Shown: one piece after another, positions 13,251 through 25,500 of the stretch | Layout of the letters: every line of letters starts with the position of its first letter | Numbering within the stretch: position 1 is the stretch's first letter | From: Octopus sinensis | Taxonomy: Eukaryota | DNA: 64,000 nucleotides | Reading direction: 5' to 3' | Assembly: GCF_006345805.1 (NCBI RefSeq) | Contig: NC_043011.1 | Coordinates: 52,712,464-52,776,463, forward strand | Notes under the pieces: generated by a model | What the model was told of the DNA's origin: nothing | Databases searched by the model: none | What the model saw: only the letters and a program-made list of their open reading frames with translations | Made by a program: the position numbers and the translations under genes

Positions 13251-15370
13251 AATTAGTTGGGCTATGACCTTCTCTGTAACTTTCATCGCCTGATCTAACA
13301 GGTAATAATACCTCTAATTATTTCTGTCTAAGGCATCACTTTTACCTTTGTAGCAGTTGACAATGGTGCTACTACACCAGTCATTGGTTGGACTCCCTTG
13401 TGTTATACAACGGGCTTCTTTCAGTTTCTGCCTAAGACTCTAAAAAAGGGGACCCAAGGGTCAGATGCTGGTGGTGTTATACTGTGTAATAGATTCAGTC
13501 AACCACCCAACTACAACCATGGCCCCTCTCACAGATTTCTCTCTGTCTACTCTATTTTCATTCACATGGCTCTTGTCAAACAAGGGTTCTGGTAGAGGAA
13601 AAACATTTGTAAAAAATTTTGTGTGGATTTAGACCAGGAACCAGGAAGAGATCTGTTAACCATATGCACTCATACCTGTGATCACTGATTTAATGGATTC
13701 TAAATATTAGACCTATATCTCTACTGATTAGCAATGAGTTTTATCTATTACTGATTTTGTAATTGGTCTGTCATGTTTAAACCAGTCTATATCCTCTTTA
13801 CAATCTCTAGATATTTAGATTAAGTAATCAGAATTAAGATATGCATCACTGAAGATAACCCCAGAGGTTTCCTTTCTAACTTTCCCTCACAAATCTTGGA
13901 GATCTTGCAAAATGTTCATGGGTGTGGGCCTAAGAATAAAATTAAAAAAAATCTTGTGGGTGTTAAAAGTTTTTTTTCTAGGTTTATTGACCTTATTTTC
14001 ATTAAATAACTGTGTGTTCAATGACCTTGTGGACAAGAGCATTGCTACTACTATTTAATATACTACTATTCTTCAAGGTGGTGCCCCAGCATGGCCACAG
14101 TCTAATGACTGAAACCAGTAAAAGGTAAAGGTATATGATATATAATTACATTAATTATTTATATGATACATAATTATATTGTTCATTACTATTTTTCTTT
14201 ATTCAAAATAGTAGAATGAGATATAAAGTAGCTAATGGTAGCAGGTTCAGAGATTGTTTTGAAATGCCCTTGATGGCATGATATGTTATTTGAGGTGCAG
14301 ACAGTAGAATTGATAAAGTGAGAAACAAAATATCTACTTTGCAGTATTTAGTTACTTTCTGTGTGTAATTTGAAATCAGATCACTTGGTGGTTTGCTTTA
14401 TTTTTTTGTCCCTCTGAGGTTGATAAAATAGTAATAAAAGTACACGACCTAATCAGTTAATCTTGCTTTCAAAATCTGTGATCTTTCTTCCTATGTTAAA
14501 AGGCACTGACACTTGACAGAAGGCAGAAATGATAATGTTGGGTAAAATACTTTTCCCCCTTTTATGTAGTTATGTCAATGTATATTGTTCTGCGATCAAA
14601 TCCTGTTTGGGTGTTTTGTTCTTTTCATGCCTTTAGGGTTGGATGCAGAGAGTATCAATGATGTAGTGTTATCATTTAACCCTTTAGCATTCAGATTATT
14701 CTGTCAAATGCAGTGTGTATTTTGAATTAATACTATACTACCAAATCTACCCATCTACCATGGAGACATAAAATGAGGGAGGGAAGTCATAACAGCAGTA
14801 TGTATTGAGAAATGTGTAAATGGACTTGATAGACTACTGGGTGATGTCTAAGAGAAGTCACATTATTGTTGGTGATACAGCATTCTATTGCAGCTATATG
14901 ACATGTGTTTGCAACAAAGTGACATGTAATGATGATTCACTCCCGAACTGACATAGGCTCCCAGTCTCTATATCATGAATGGTTATGTGGATCACTCCTA
15001 ATGAAAGCCAGAGCTTCCTTCGACCACTACATAAAAAGTATTAAGAAAAAAATGTTATTTAGATATACTTTCATTTTAGTTGTATACACTTAAAGTTCAC
15101 AAATTTCCTTATTTAAATTATGAATCATATTCCTTTTGATAATATCAACATGATTACAAAACTTCTTTGTAGAAGTTTCTTTACAAAACTTCCTTCGACC
15201 ACTACATAAAAAGTATTAAGAAAAAAATGTTATTTAGATATACTTTCATTTTAGTTGTTTATACTATTTTACACTTGTTTATACTCTTATACACTTAAAG
15301 TTCACAAATTTCCTTATTTAAATTATGAATCATATTCCTTTTGATAATATCAATATGATTACAAAACTTC

Positions 15371-15545
15371 TTAGTAGACGATACTTTCTATTTGGTCGAC
15401 ACTAATTTTCAAATTACTGAAGTCCATTGCTCTGCTCATGGCGATGTATAACTGACCATGTGTTAACATCGGAGTGGGTAAAATTATACCTGCATGATCT
15501 AAAGTCTGGCCCTGTGCCTTGTTTGCTGTGAATGCATGAGTGGAA
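15371..15545 (-). mobile_element. Helitron Pif1-family helicase C-terminal fragment
   Basis: AFTANKAQGQTLDHAGIILPTPMLTHGQLYIAMSR matches Pif1 motifs V-VI (AxTINKAQGQTL...HGQLYVAxSR). Confidence 0.85.
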
Positions 15546-17374
15546 TCTTTAGGGTTGCAAAAAATCAAACCAAGACTTACCTCTCACTATTCTATGCGAA
15601 TAATGTCTGGATGTTCTGGTTCCATGGGTTATTTTGATTGACAAAACTGAGATGTAAACAACAGCCATTTCGAATCCTGCTTGAGACTGACACACTTCAA
15701 TAACCACTAAATAATCACACACACTTTTTCCATTTTATTTTTGATATTAACTGTTCTTGCAACCCCCTTCGTATCTACAATGGGGCCATGAACTATATAA
15801 TGATAATCCAGAGTTACTTGTGGTTGGTGATTTTTTTAATCAAAATGCGAAGGTGGTTTATCAATTCAAAAATCGATATCCACAAAATAATCATACTTTC
15901 TGATTTTTCTAATGCTAAAAAATGTTCCTGGCAACCGTCTTTGTAATCCCCCAAAATATTGTAACCATTGGTCCAGCCGTCTGGTCATGAAGAGGAGACA
16001 GGCAAAGAGAAGGGCAGATGGACATAGTGCCCATTATAATAAGATAGCAAATCTGCCCATCTACGATGGGAAATAAAGGGATAGTATCGCAAATCTAAAC
16101 CCTCTAAATTCACGATATAGGGGGTGGGGAATCCAGAGTTAATCCTTATTGCTGGAATTTTAACAAAAAAAAAATCAAAAATGATTTATTAATACAAAAC
16201 TTAACATCCACTAAATAATTGTACTTTTTCACATTTTTGCGCTAAAAACCTTCCTGATTATGTCCTTCGTAATCCTGATAAACATCATGACCATTGGTCT
16301 AGTCATTTGACTGTGAAAATGAAACAGACAGACAGATGGACATAACGCCCATCTCCTAATATAATAATGAGTGTAGTGTTTGTATAGTGTAAATGGACTT
16401 GATAGATTACTTGGTGATATATTTGTCCAAAATCACAGTGTAGGAGTAGGAGAAAGAGTTGTATAAATGAAGGGAGAGGACAGAAAATAGTAATTCAGTG
16501 AAGGAGAAGTAGTGAGAGTAATAGCCCTGACTGTGAGAGAGTGAGAGAAAGTAATAGCAATGGAGAAAGGAAGGGGTGATTGATGAATAAGGAAGGAAGG
16601 GGTGAAAAAAATCACCATTACAACTTTGTGTGAGTATATGATTGATTGATTGATTCTAGTTTCAGCTTATGAGCTGTGGCCATGCTGGGGCACCGCCATT
16701 TAAAAGAGATACGTATTCATGCCTACTTTCTTTGCAGAGCGTAGTGTATGTATGTATGTAAAAGAGATGTATGTTAGTGTGTGTGTGTAATGAAAATGAG
16801 ATGGTGAACGTTCAATGCTGAAAAGAAAATTCAAACAGCATTTCAACTCTGCTTGAGTATGTGTATATGCGTGCATGTACAAGGGAAGTATGTGAATGTT
16901 TGTATCTGTGATTATTATGTAATTTATTTATATATAAAATACTATAACTAGCCGTCATTTTTGATGGCACAGGGTCAGCCAGTTATAGTAAGATTATCTT
17001 ATGACTTTGAGATTTAAATGATGTAATTGTTTATTTTTAGAATGGCATTGTAGGGGAAGTGTGAGAGGCTACATCTTGCCAGTTTGAACACAAAACAGTT
17101 CAGATGTTTGGGCCAGATATGGCCAATTTAAACACTAAGGGGTTAAATTAACTACTTCACAGTACCACTATAATGTTAGAAATTATTGTATTATTATTAT
17201 GTCTTTCATCCTTTTGGGGTTGATGTAATCAACTAGTCCCCTCCCCCAGAATTTTAGGCCTTGTGAAAGGATTATTATTTTTTTTATTATTAGAGCAATC
17301 AGGGGAGTGGAATTGTTTACTTGTTTGTTACTATGTTTCTGACCAAAATACTCTCCTTATATGTTTCAATTAAA

Positions 17375-17830
17375 TTCATCATCATCATCATTTAATGTCC
17401 GCTTTCCATGCTAGCATGGGTTGGACGGTTTGACTGAGGACTGGCGAACCAGATGGCTGCACCAGGCTCCAATCTGATCTGGCAGAGTTTCTACTGCTGG
17501 ATGCCCTTCCTAATGCCAACCACTCCGAGAGTGTAGTGAGTGCTTTTACGTGCCACCGGCATGAGGGCCAGTTAGGTGGTACTGGCAACGGCCACATTCA
17601 AACGGTGTTTTTTATGTGCCACCTGCACAGGAGCCAGTCCAGCGGCACTGGCAATGACCTCACTCGAATGTTTTTTCATGTGCCAGTAAGGCGACGCTGG
17701 TAACAATCACGCTCAAATGGTGCTTTTTATGTGCCACCGGCACAGATGCCAGTTTGCTGCTCTGGCAACGATCATGCTCAGACGGTGCTCTGAGTGCTCC
17801 ACTAGCATGGATGGTTGTGAAATCATTAGC
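17375..17830 (-). mobile_element. RTE-associated 3' UTR / SINE-like element with (ATG)n tail and internal diverged ~50-64 bp repeats
   Basis: Family motif CATCATTTAA..TTTCCATGCTAGCATGGGTTGGACGG...GGATGCCCTTCCTAA. Other copies near 1775, 4741, 5880, 10130, 11140, 19460, 37735, 41520, 41665, 44510, 55180, 57480, 58365 and 59395. Confidence 0.75.
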
Positions 17831-18275
17831 AGAGCACTTCATGAAACACTTTACTGTGTTCTTGATAGCTTCCTTTATCTTTTCCCAGTTCAGATCCTGA
17901 CAGAGTGAATTGTTCATCATCCAACCCACTTCTGGTTGCCAAAAAAATTCTGTAATTTTCTGAGGGTTAATTCACCTAATTGGTGATTGTGTGGTTGAGA
18001 AGTTAGCTTCCCAATCACATGGTTTAGTGTTCAGTCCCATTATGTGGCACCTTGGATAAGTGTCACAGCTCTAGCCTGAAAAAAGCCTTGTTAGTGGATT
18101 TGGTAGACAGAAATTGAAAGAAGACCATCATGTGTGTTCCATTGTCTTGACATCATGTGAAAGTTGTAAATGAGTTTCATGTTTGGTCCTACTGCATAGT
18201 CTCTTGGACAAGCATCACTGCTGTAGCCTGACCAAAGCCTTGTTAGTGGATTTAGTAGATGGAAACTGAAAGAAG

Positions 18276-18506
18276 GTATCGAGCTGGCAGAAACGTTAAC
18301 ATGCTGGGCGAAATGTTTAGCAGTATTTCGTCTGCCGTTACGTTCTGAGTTTAAATTCCACCGAGATCGACTTTGCCTTTCATCCTTTCGGGGTCGATAA
18401 ATTAAGTACCAGTTATGCACTGGGGTCGATGTAATCGACTTAATCCCTTTTTCTCTCCTTGTTTTTCCCTTCTATGTTTAGCCCCTTGTGGGCAATAAAG
18501 AAATAA
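18276..18506 (+). mobile_element. Second SINE family (GAGCTGGCAGAA...GTCGACTTTGCCTTTCATCC type) nested in an older SINE, with 15-bp TSD
   Basis: GGAAACTGAAAGAAG at both 18261-18275 and 18507-18521. Related copy at 59520-59740; fragments near 19900, 31040, 36760 and 54640. Confidence 0.8.
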
Positions 18507-18837
18507 GGAAACTGAAAGAAGACCATTGTGTGTGTGTGTGTGTCTCTCTCTCTTTGTTTTGACATCATATTAAAGTTGTAAATGAGTGTCACAATCACAC
18601 AAGCAGTGTATGACAGATATTAATTGCCAATATTCTGCATGAACATGTGTGGCCATGGGGAAATATTATCTTCCTTGGAAACAGACGAGGGTTGGTGACA
18701 GGAAGGGTATCTGTCCATAGAAAATGTACCTGAAATAAATTGTGTCCGATCCATACAAACATGGAAAAGTGGATACTAAATGATGATGATGAATGATATA
18801 AAAATCATAATTAATAATAATCTTTCCCTCTATCTAG

Positions 18838-18880
18838 GACGACAGCCAGAAGTGATTTTATATTCTATGCAGATAGATTG
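18838..18880 (+). CDS. UPRT: UPRT homolog, internal coding exon (43 bp; probable exon 2): xTTARSDFIFYADRL
   Basis: Acceptor tatctag, donor gtaagt. Translation matches the SRxDFxFxADRL motif of UPRTases and joins in phase 0 to the 37593 exon. Confidence 0.92.
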
Positions 18881-21800
18881 GTAAGTTAGCATGTTTTAAA
18901 CTTACTTTTGTTTTATTAGAATGAAACAACCATTCATAAGATTTTATACTTTGCTTTGGTGATACCAGAAATTACACTTCGATTTGGAGAAAAAAAAGTC
19001 ATATGGCATTTTAGATTCATAACATTTTACTTCTTATGAATACTTCAGCTTAAAATTCTATAATAAATATATTTTATCTTTTATGTCTTACTTGTTTCAA
19101 TCATTGGACTGCATCTATGCTAGGGCACAGTCTTAAAGGGTTTTGTCAGATAAATCAACCCCATTATTTATTATGTCTGCTACTTATTCTGTCAGTTTCT
19201 TTTGCCAAACTGCTAGGTTATAGGGGCATAAACAAACCAATACCAGTTGTCAAGTGGTGGTGGGGGACAAACACAAACACACATTTATACATATAAACTT
19301 ACATATACAGCAGGCTTCCACACTGTTTCCATCATCTGCATTCTCTCACAAGACATTGGTTAGCCTGGGGCTGTTGCCCAAGGTGCTGCACAGTGGGACT
19401 GAACCCAAACCCACATGGCTGCAAAGTGAGCTTTGTAACAGCCTATTAACTAAATTCCTAATAGTGGTGCTGGTGCCATGTAAAAAGCACCCAGTACACC
19501 CTGTAAAGTGGTTGGTTTTAGGAAGGGCATCCAGCCAAAACAGACACTTTAGAATCTGATGTGACCTCTGGCCTAGCCAGTTCCTGTCAAACCATCCGAC
19601 CCATGCCAGCATGGAAAACAGACATTAAATGTTGATGATGATGATAGAATTTGACAATATTCACTGATATTTCCTCCATCATCTCAATTCTTACAGTTCT
19701 TCCATATAACATCTATTAGCATAATTGGTGGTGTGCGTCCCCTTCTATCTGTATTTTCCCCCAAAATGAGAGTTCTTTGGTTCTATTATCTCTTGGACAC
19801 TTGATGGTGTTGATGTAATTGACTGACCACTCCCTCAAAATTGCTGGCACTCTGCCTTAAAGAAATCATTATTAAGACTGTTATTATCATCATAAGCAGA
19901 ATGGTTAGTATACCAAGCAAGATGCTTAGTGGTAGTTTGTCTGTCTTCATGTTCCAAGTTCAAATTCTGCCAAGGTTGACTTTGCCTTTCATCCTTTCAC
20001 AGTCAATGAAATAAGTACCAGTTGAACACTGGGGGTGATGTAACTGACTAGCCTCCTTCCCCAAAGTTACGCACTGGGGTTGATGTAATTGACTAGCCAC
20101 CTCCCTCAAAGTTTCAGGCCTTGTACCTATAGTAGAAAGGATTACTATTATTGAATTGATAAAATCTTCGAAGTGCTTTGCAGTATTTACTTCGGCTCTT
20201 TATATTCTAAGTTCAAATTTCCCCACTCCCACCTTTATAGGAGTCAATAAAATAAATCTTCAGTCAAGTATTGGAATTGGCTAAATCTCTCCCCCAACCC
20301 ACCCCACCTCCTCAAAAAAAAAAAATTCAAGCTTTGTGTTTATCTTTTATCTTTTACTCATTAGACTGCAGCCTTGAAGAATTTTTAGTTGAATGCATCA
20401 ACCCCAGTTCTTATTTTCTTTTTAAGCCTGATACCTATTCTATCAAACTGCCAAGTGATGGAGACGTTAACCAATACCAGTTGTCAAATGGTAGAAGGGG
20501 ACAAACATAGGCATAAAGAGAGATAGAGAGACGCACACAAACACACACACATAATGGGCTTTTTCAGTTTCTGTGTACCAAATCCACTCACAAGGCTTTG
20601 TTTGTTAGCCGAGGCTATAATGGAAGACACTTGTCCTAGGTGCCATGCAATAGGACTGAACCCAGAACCATGTGGTTGTGTAGCAAGCTTATTACCACAC
20701 AGCCACTCCTGCGTCTATACAAAACATTAACCCCAAATCTGCTTAGGTCAGCTTTGCCTTCCATCATTTGAGGCAGTGCTTTTCAAACTTTTTGCTGGAA
20801 TGGAACCCCAAGGAAACATTCCACTGGCTCGAGGAACCCCTGAGCAATAATTTAATAGTCTTATGCACACATATCTGCACAGGAGAATTAAAAATTACTG
20901 CCGATTTTAGCAGTTTTGTAACTTCTTGCGGAACCCCTGGACTGTACTGGCAGAACACTAAGGTTCTGCGGAACCCTGGTTGAAAACCACCGATTTGAGG
21001 ATTGATGTAATGGTGTATCTGTCAAGTATGGAGTTTGATGCAGCTGACTTCCTTTCTCCCCCCCGAATTTCTGACCTTGAAACAAATTTACAAACACAAT
21101 TATTATTCATTTACACCAGAAAAAAAATATTAATGGGTTAAACTTACCCCACATCCCCCTTGGAGTTGATAAAATGCAGTATTGGGTCAAGTGATTGATG
21201 GTGTCTCTTACCTCGCTTTAAGCCTTGTACTTCTGTCATAAATCATTGTTATACAATCAATCATTCATCCATAAGTGACAGGAAAAAATAATAGGAAAAT
21301 CCTGAATTCTGTATTTTGTCTGTCTTGCAATTAGATACCTTCTATATTAAGTAGAGTTTTTTTCCCCAGACAACAAGTCTGATCTCATATCTGCATTGTC
21401 AACTAACAATAATGCATTGTTTGTTTTATTTTTTATTTATTATTATTGTTATCTTATTACTGTCTCTGAGACAGAACACATGTTAACTAAACAATAAGAG
21501 AAATGAAAGCTACGGAAGACATTGAAGTATTGTGATAAAATTCCTTTATGGTCACTTGAGTATTCTGTGTACATGTGTCTATGTGTATGCATACACACAC
21601 ATATATATATATATGCATGTATATATACATGTAAATGTAGGTACGTACATATATGTATGTATGTATGCATATATTTTATTTATTAAATTATATATATATA
21701 TATATATATATACACATACACATACACACACGTGTAATACTTGTCCTGCAGGAAAGAATGACATGTAAACAATTTTTCATGAAATGTCTTTACTGAATAC

Positions 21801-22267
21801 TCACAGGCATGGCTGTGTGGGAAGAGGCTTGCTTCCCAACCACATGGTTCTGGGTTCAGTCCAACCGTGTGGCACCTTGAGCAAGTATTTTCTACTACAA
21901 CCTTGGGCCGACCAAAGTCTTGTGAGTGAACTTGGCAGACAGAAACTGAAAGAAGCCTGTCATACGTCTGTGTATGTCGGTCAGTTTGTTCAACTAAAAC
22001 ACTTGAAGGCAGTGCTCCAGCATGGCCGCAGTTAAATGACTGAAACAAGTAAAAGAATATTTAATTTACATTGTTTTTATACATACATGCTTTCATGTAT
22101 GTGTATTATTATTTAATATCCTGGTAAACTTACTGCATGTCTTTCTATTACTTCCCCTCTTGACTTTAGATCCTCTCCTCTTTTTTATATTGTTTCTCTC
22201 TTCCTCTTCTCCTCATCAATTCTCTTTATCATTCTCCTCAAGTTTTCCTACTTAAAGTATAGAACCT

Positions 22268-22301
<34 letters not shown>

Positions 22302-22303
<2 letters not shown>

Positions 22304-22466
22304 CGCAGGAGTGGCTGTGTGGTAAGTAGCTTGCTAACCAGCCACATGGTTCCGGGTTCAGTCCCACTGCGTGGCATCTTGGGCAAGTGTCTTCTGCTAT
22401 AGCCCCGGGCCGACCAATGCCTTGTGAGTGGATTTGGTAGACGGAAACTGAAAGAAGCCTGTTGTA

Positions 22467-22525
<59 letters not shown>

Positions 22526-23351
22526 CTGTGTTTGTCCCCCTAGCATTGTTTGACAACCGATGCTGGTGTGTTTACGTCCCCGTCACTTAGCGGTTCGGCA
22601 AAAGAGGGACCGATAGAATAAGTACTGGGCTTACAAAGAATAAGTCCCGGGGTCGATTTGCTCGACTAAAGGCGGTGCTCCATCATGGCCGCAGTCAAAT
22701 GACTGAAACAAGTAAAAGAGAGTATATCTCCTCCACTGCCACATAAATTGATTCATAAAAGTTAATATGTGGGTCTAGGGTTACACACAGAAAAGAAAAT
22801 GTTTTATTTCAGCTGTTTTAACTTCTACTTACTGATACAATATAGGATGTTTATCTAATACCTTTTTCCGTAACACCTATGGAATATCTTGTGTGATTCA
22901 AAAGGAATTTTATGAGAAAACGCAAGACAGCTAAAGCAAACACTCACCAGGAGTGGCTGTGTGGTAAGTAGCTTGTTTACCAACCACGTAGTTCTGGGTT
23001 CAGTCCCACTGCGTGGCACCTTGGGCAAGTGTCTTCTACTACTATAGCCTCGGGCCGACCAAAGCCTTGTGAGTGGATTTGGTAGACGGAAACTGAAAGA
23101 AGCCTGTCGTATATATATGTATATATATATATATATGCGTGTGTGTGTTTGTGTGTGTGTATTTGTCCCCCTAGCATTGCTTGACAACCGATGCTGCTGT
23201 GCTTATGTCCCCGTTACTTAGCGGTTCGGAAAAGAGACCGATAGAATAAGTACTGGGCTTACAAAAGAATAAGTCCCGGGGTCGAGTTGCTCGATTAAAG
23301 GCGGTGCTCCAGCATGGCAGCAGTCAAATGACTGAAACGAGTAAAAGAGTA
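22302..23351 (+). mobile_element. Two full-length tRNA-derived SINE copies (22302-22723, 22948-23351)
   Basis: Near-identical to 7100-7492. An internally deleted copy lies at 21804-22057. Confidence 0.85.
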
Positions 23352-24000
23352 GGTGTTGAAATTGACTTTTTAAAAATATAATTGCACTCATTTTTGTCAA
23401 GTATAAACTAATGTAGATTATTTATTCCAAAGTATGATAACAATCTGTAAACTCAGCGGAAAAAAGAAAGTCTGAAATTCCAGGTGTTTTGAAAAACAGC
23501 AATGAATAAACTGTGTCATAAATCCAGGTGTGATATGAAATATACACAAGATCATGATTTTTGACTTCTACTAAAATCATATATAAGGGTTAAATAGGTA
23601 TTATATTTTATCTGTTATGGTGTGTTTGTGTGTGTGAAGGTACATGACCTAATGGTTAGGGTGTTGCACTGATGATCTTGTGATCACGGTTTCAATTACC
23701 AGACTGGTGGTGTGCTGTGTTTTTGAGCAAAACACTTCATTTTACGCTGCTCCAGTCAACTATAATTGGGTAACTCCTGCATCAGACTGGCATTCAGTCC
23801 AGGGGGAGATGTTAGCCTACCCACCTAGCCACCAGCTCGGTATCAATACAAAAAGCTACAATATTGCAAAGAAGTGCATTGTGACTAGTGTTGTATAACA
23901 GCATTTTATGGTCTGAAACAGTAATATATATATATATATATATATATAATTCAACTAAGTCAACAAAGTTTACTTTAGAAGCGTTGAGATGTATTGAAAA

Positions 24001-24403
24001 ATACAGATAAGGGGATAATTTTATTCTCAAATGCCGGATAATGCTAATAATATGGCATGAACAGGATAAAAAATTCATATTTTGCAGGAAAATCTGTCGG
24101 TGGCCAGCCATGAGACTCGAACTCACATCCCTGTGATTCAACTTATGTTGAAAATCAACAAACAAAGTTTGCTTTAATGTACGATACCATATTATAAAGC
24201 TAGATTTATATATCCTAAATTTGCAGAAGAATTTGTTGTTTGGGCAGTTTAGCTTAATAGTAAAGCACTTGATGTGTAATCACAGGGATGTGAGTTGGAG
24301 TTTCATGGCTGGCCGCCAACAGATTTTTCTGCAAAATATGGATAGTTGCTATATTATTAGCATTATCCTGCGTTTGAGAATAAAATTATTTCCTTATCTG
24401 TAT
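24001..24403. mobile_element. Foldback/MITE-like element with ~130-bp inverted arms containing a tRNA-like sequence
   Basis: 24001-24138 is the reverse complement of 24278-24403 with a few substitutions and one indel. (TA)n tracts lie nearby on both sides. Confidence 0.75.
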
Positions 24404-24422
24404 ATATATATATATATATATA

Positions 24423-25500
24423 TATTGGGTTGTACAGAAAGTTTGTGCTGGTTTTTAAAGGAAAGAAAAAGGTCAATAAATACTTGCCATTACATTTTTA
24501 ATCAACCAAATATGAATAATTTTGTTGCACAATGCTTCTCCATCTTTCCTTTAACTTGAAAATACCCTCTTCCTAGAATTGAGGTGGTTTCATGGCAAAG
24601 AATTCATCAAGGTATTTTTTTATGTCATCCAAGGAATTGAAATTTTTACCATTAAGACTATTCTGCAGACACCTGAATAAGTGGAAATCCGAAGGAGTAA
24701 TATCTGGTGAATATGGAGGGTGGGATAACACATCCCAGCCGAGCTGCAGCAATTTTTGTCAGGTTCCCAAACAAACGTGCGGTCTTGCATTATCATGTTG
24801 GAAAACAAGACCCTTCCTATTGGCCAACTCTGGATGTTTCTCTTGAATTGCTGCTTTTAACTCATCCAGTTGTGTGCAGTATTTCTCAGAATTAATTGTC
24901 TGGTTACTTGGGAGAAGCTCATAGTACAGAATTCCTTTCCAATCCCACCAGACACAAAGCAAGACTTTTTAAGGGTGAAGACCCACTTTTAGAGTGACTA
25001 AAGGTGGCTTATGTCACTTACTCCAGGATCACAATTTGCTTTAAAAAAGGCGCATTTTCATTCCGTTTATAAAGCAAATCACAGATGGAAATGCGATCCA
25101 GAAGGTTCTTCTCACTGAACTCATGTGGCACCCAAACATCATAGCGATTTGTGTACCCAAGCTTTACCAGGTGCTCATGAACGATGGATTTTGATATGTT
25201 GAGGCTTTCTGCCAATTCTCAGGTTGTGCAATGTGGGTTATTCTCAATTAATGACTTGATTTGGTCATCATCTGTAGTGGATGGTCTGCCTGATCGCTCT
25301 TTATCAATAAGGCCACAATCTCCAGCTCGGAACCTTGCGAACTACTTCCATACAGTACTTTCAGATAAAGAAACGTCACCGTAAACTGCGCATATTTCTT
25401 TGGTTGCTTGTGAGGCATTTTCCCCTTTACGGAAAAAGAAAAGCATCAAGTGCCAAAAATAAACTTTCTTATCTTCCATTCTAAAGGGTTACAGAATTAA
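24423..25500 (-). mobile_element. mariner transposon (mellifera-like), one terminal inverted repeat visible
   Basis: TA-TTGGGTTG end at 24423 next to (TA)n; near full-length transposase relic; no matching second TIR found. Confidence 0.9.
24498..25479 (-). pseudogene. mariner transposase pseudogene
   Basis: MEDKKVYFWHLMLFFFRKGENASQA..., WVPHE, HDNARPH and HPPYSPDITPSDFHLF motifs. In-frame stops, and a deletion removing the TGDEKW first catalytic Asp. Confidence 0.92.

Noticed and set aside
16945-16989. Small imperfect palindrome TATAACTAGCCGTCATTTTTGATGGC...CAGTTATA resembling a Helitron 3' end
   Set aside because: Too short, with no associated 5' end; cannot be assigned.
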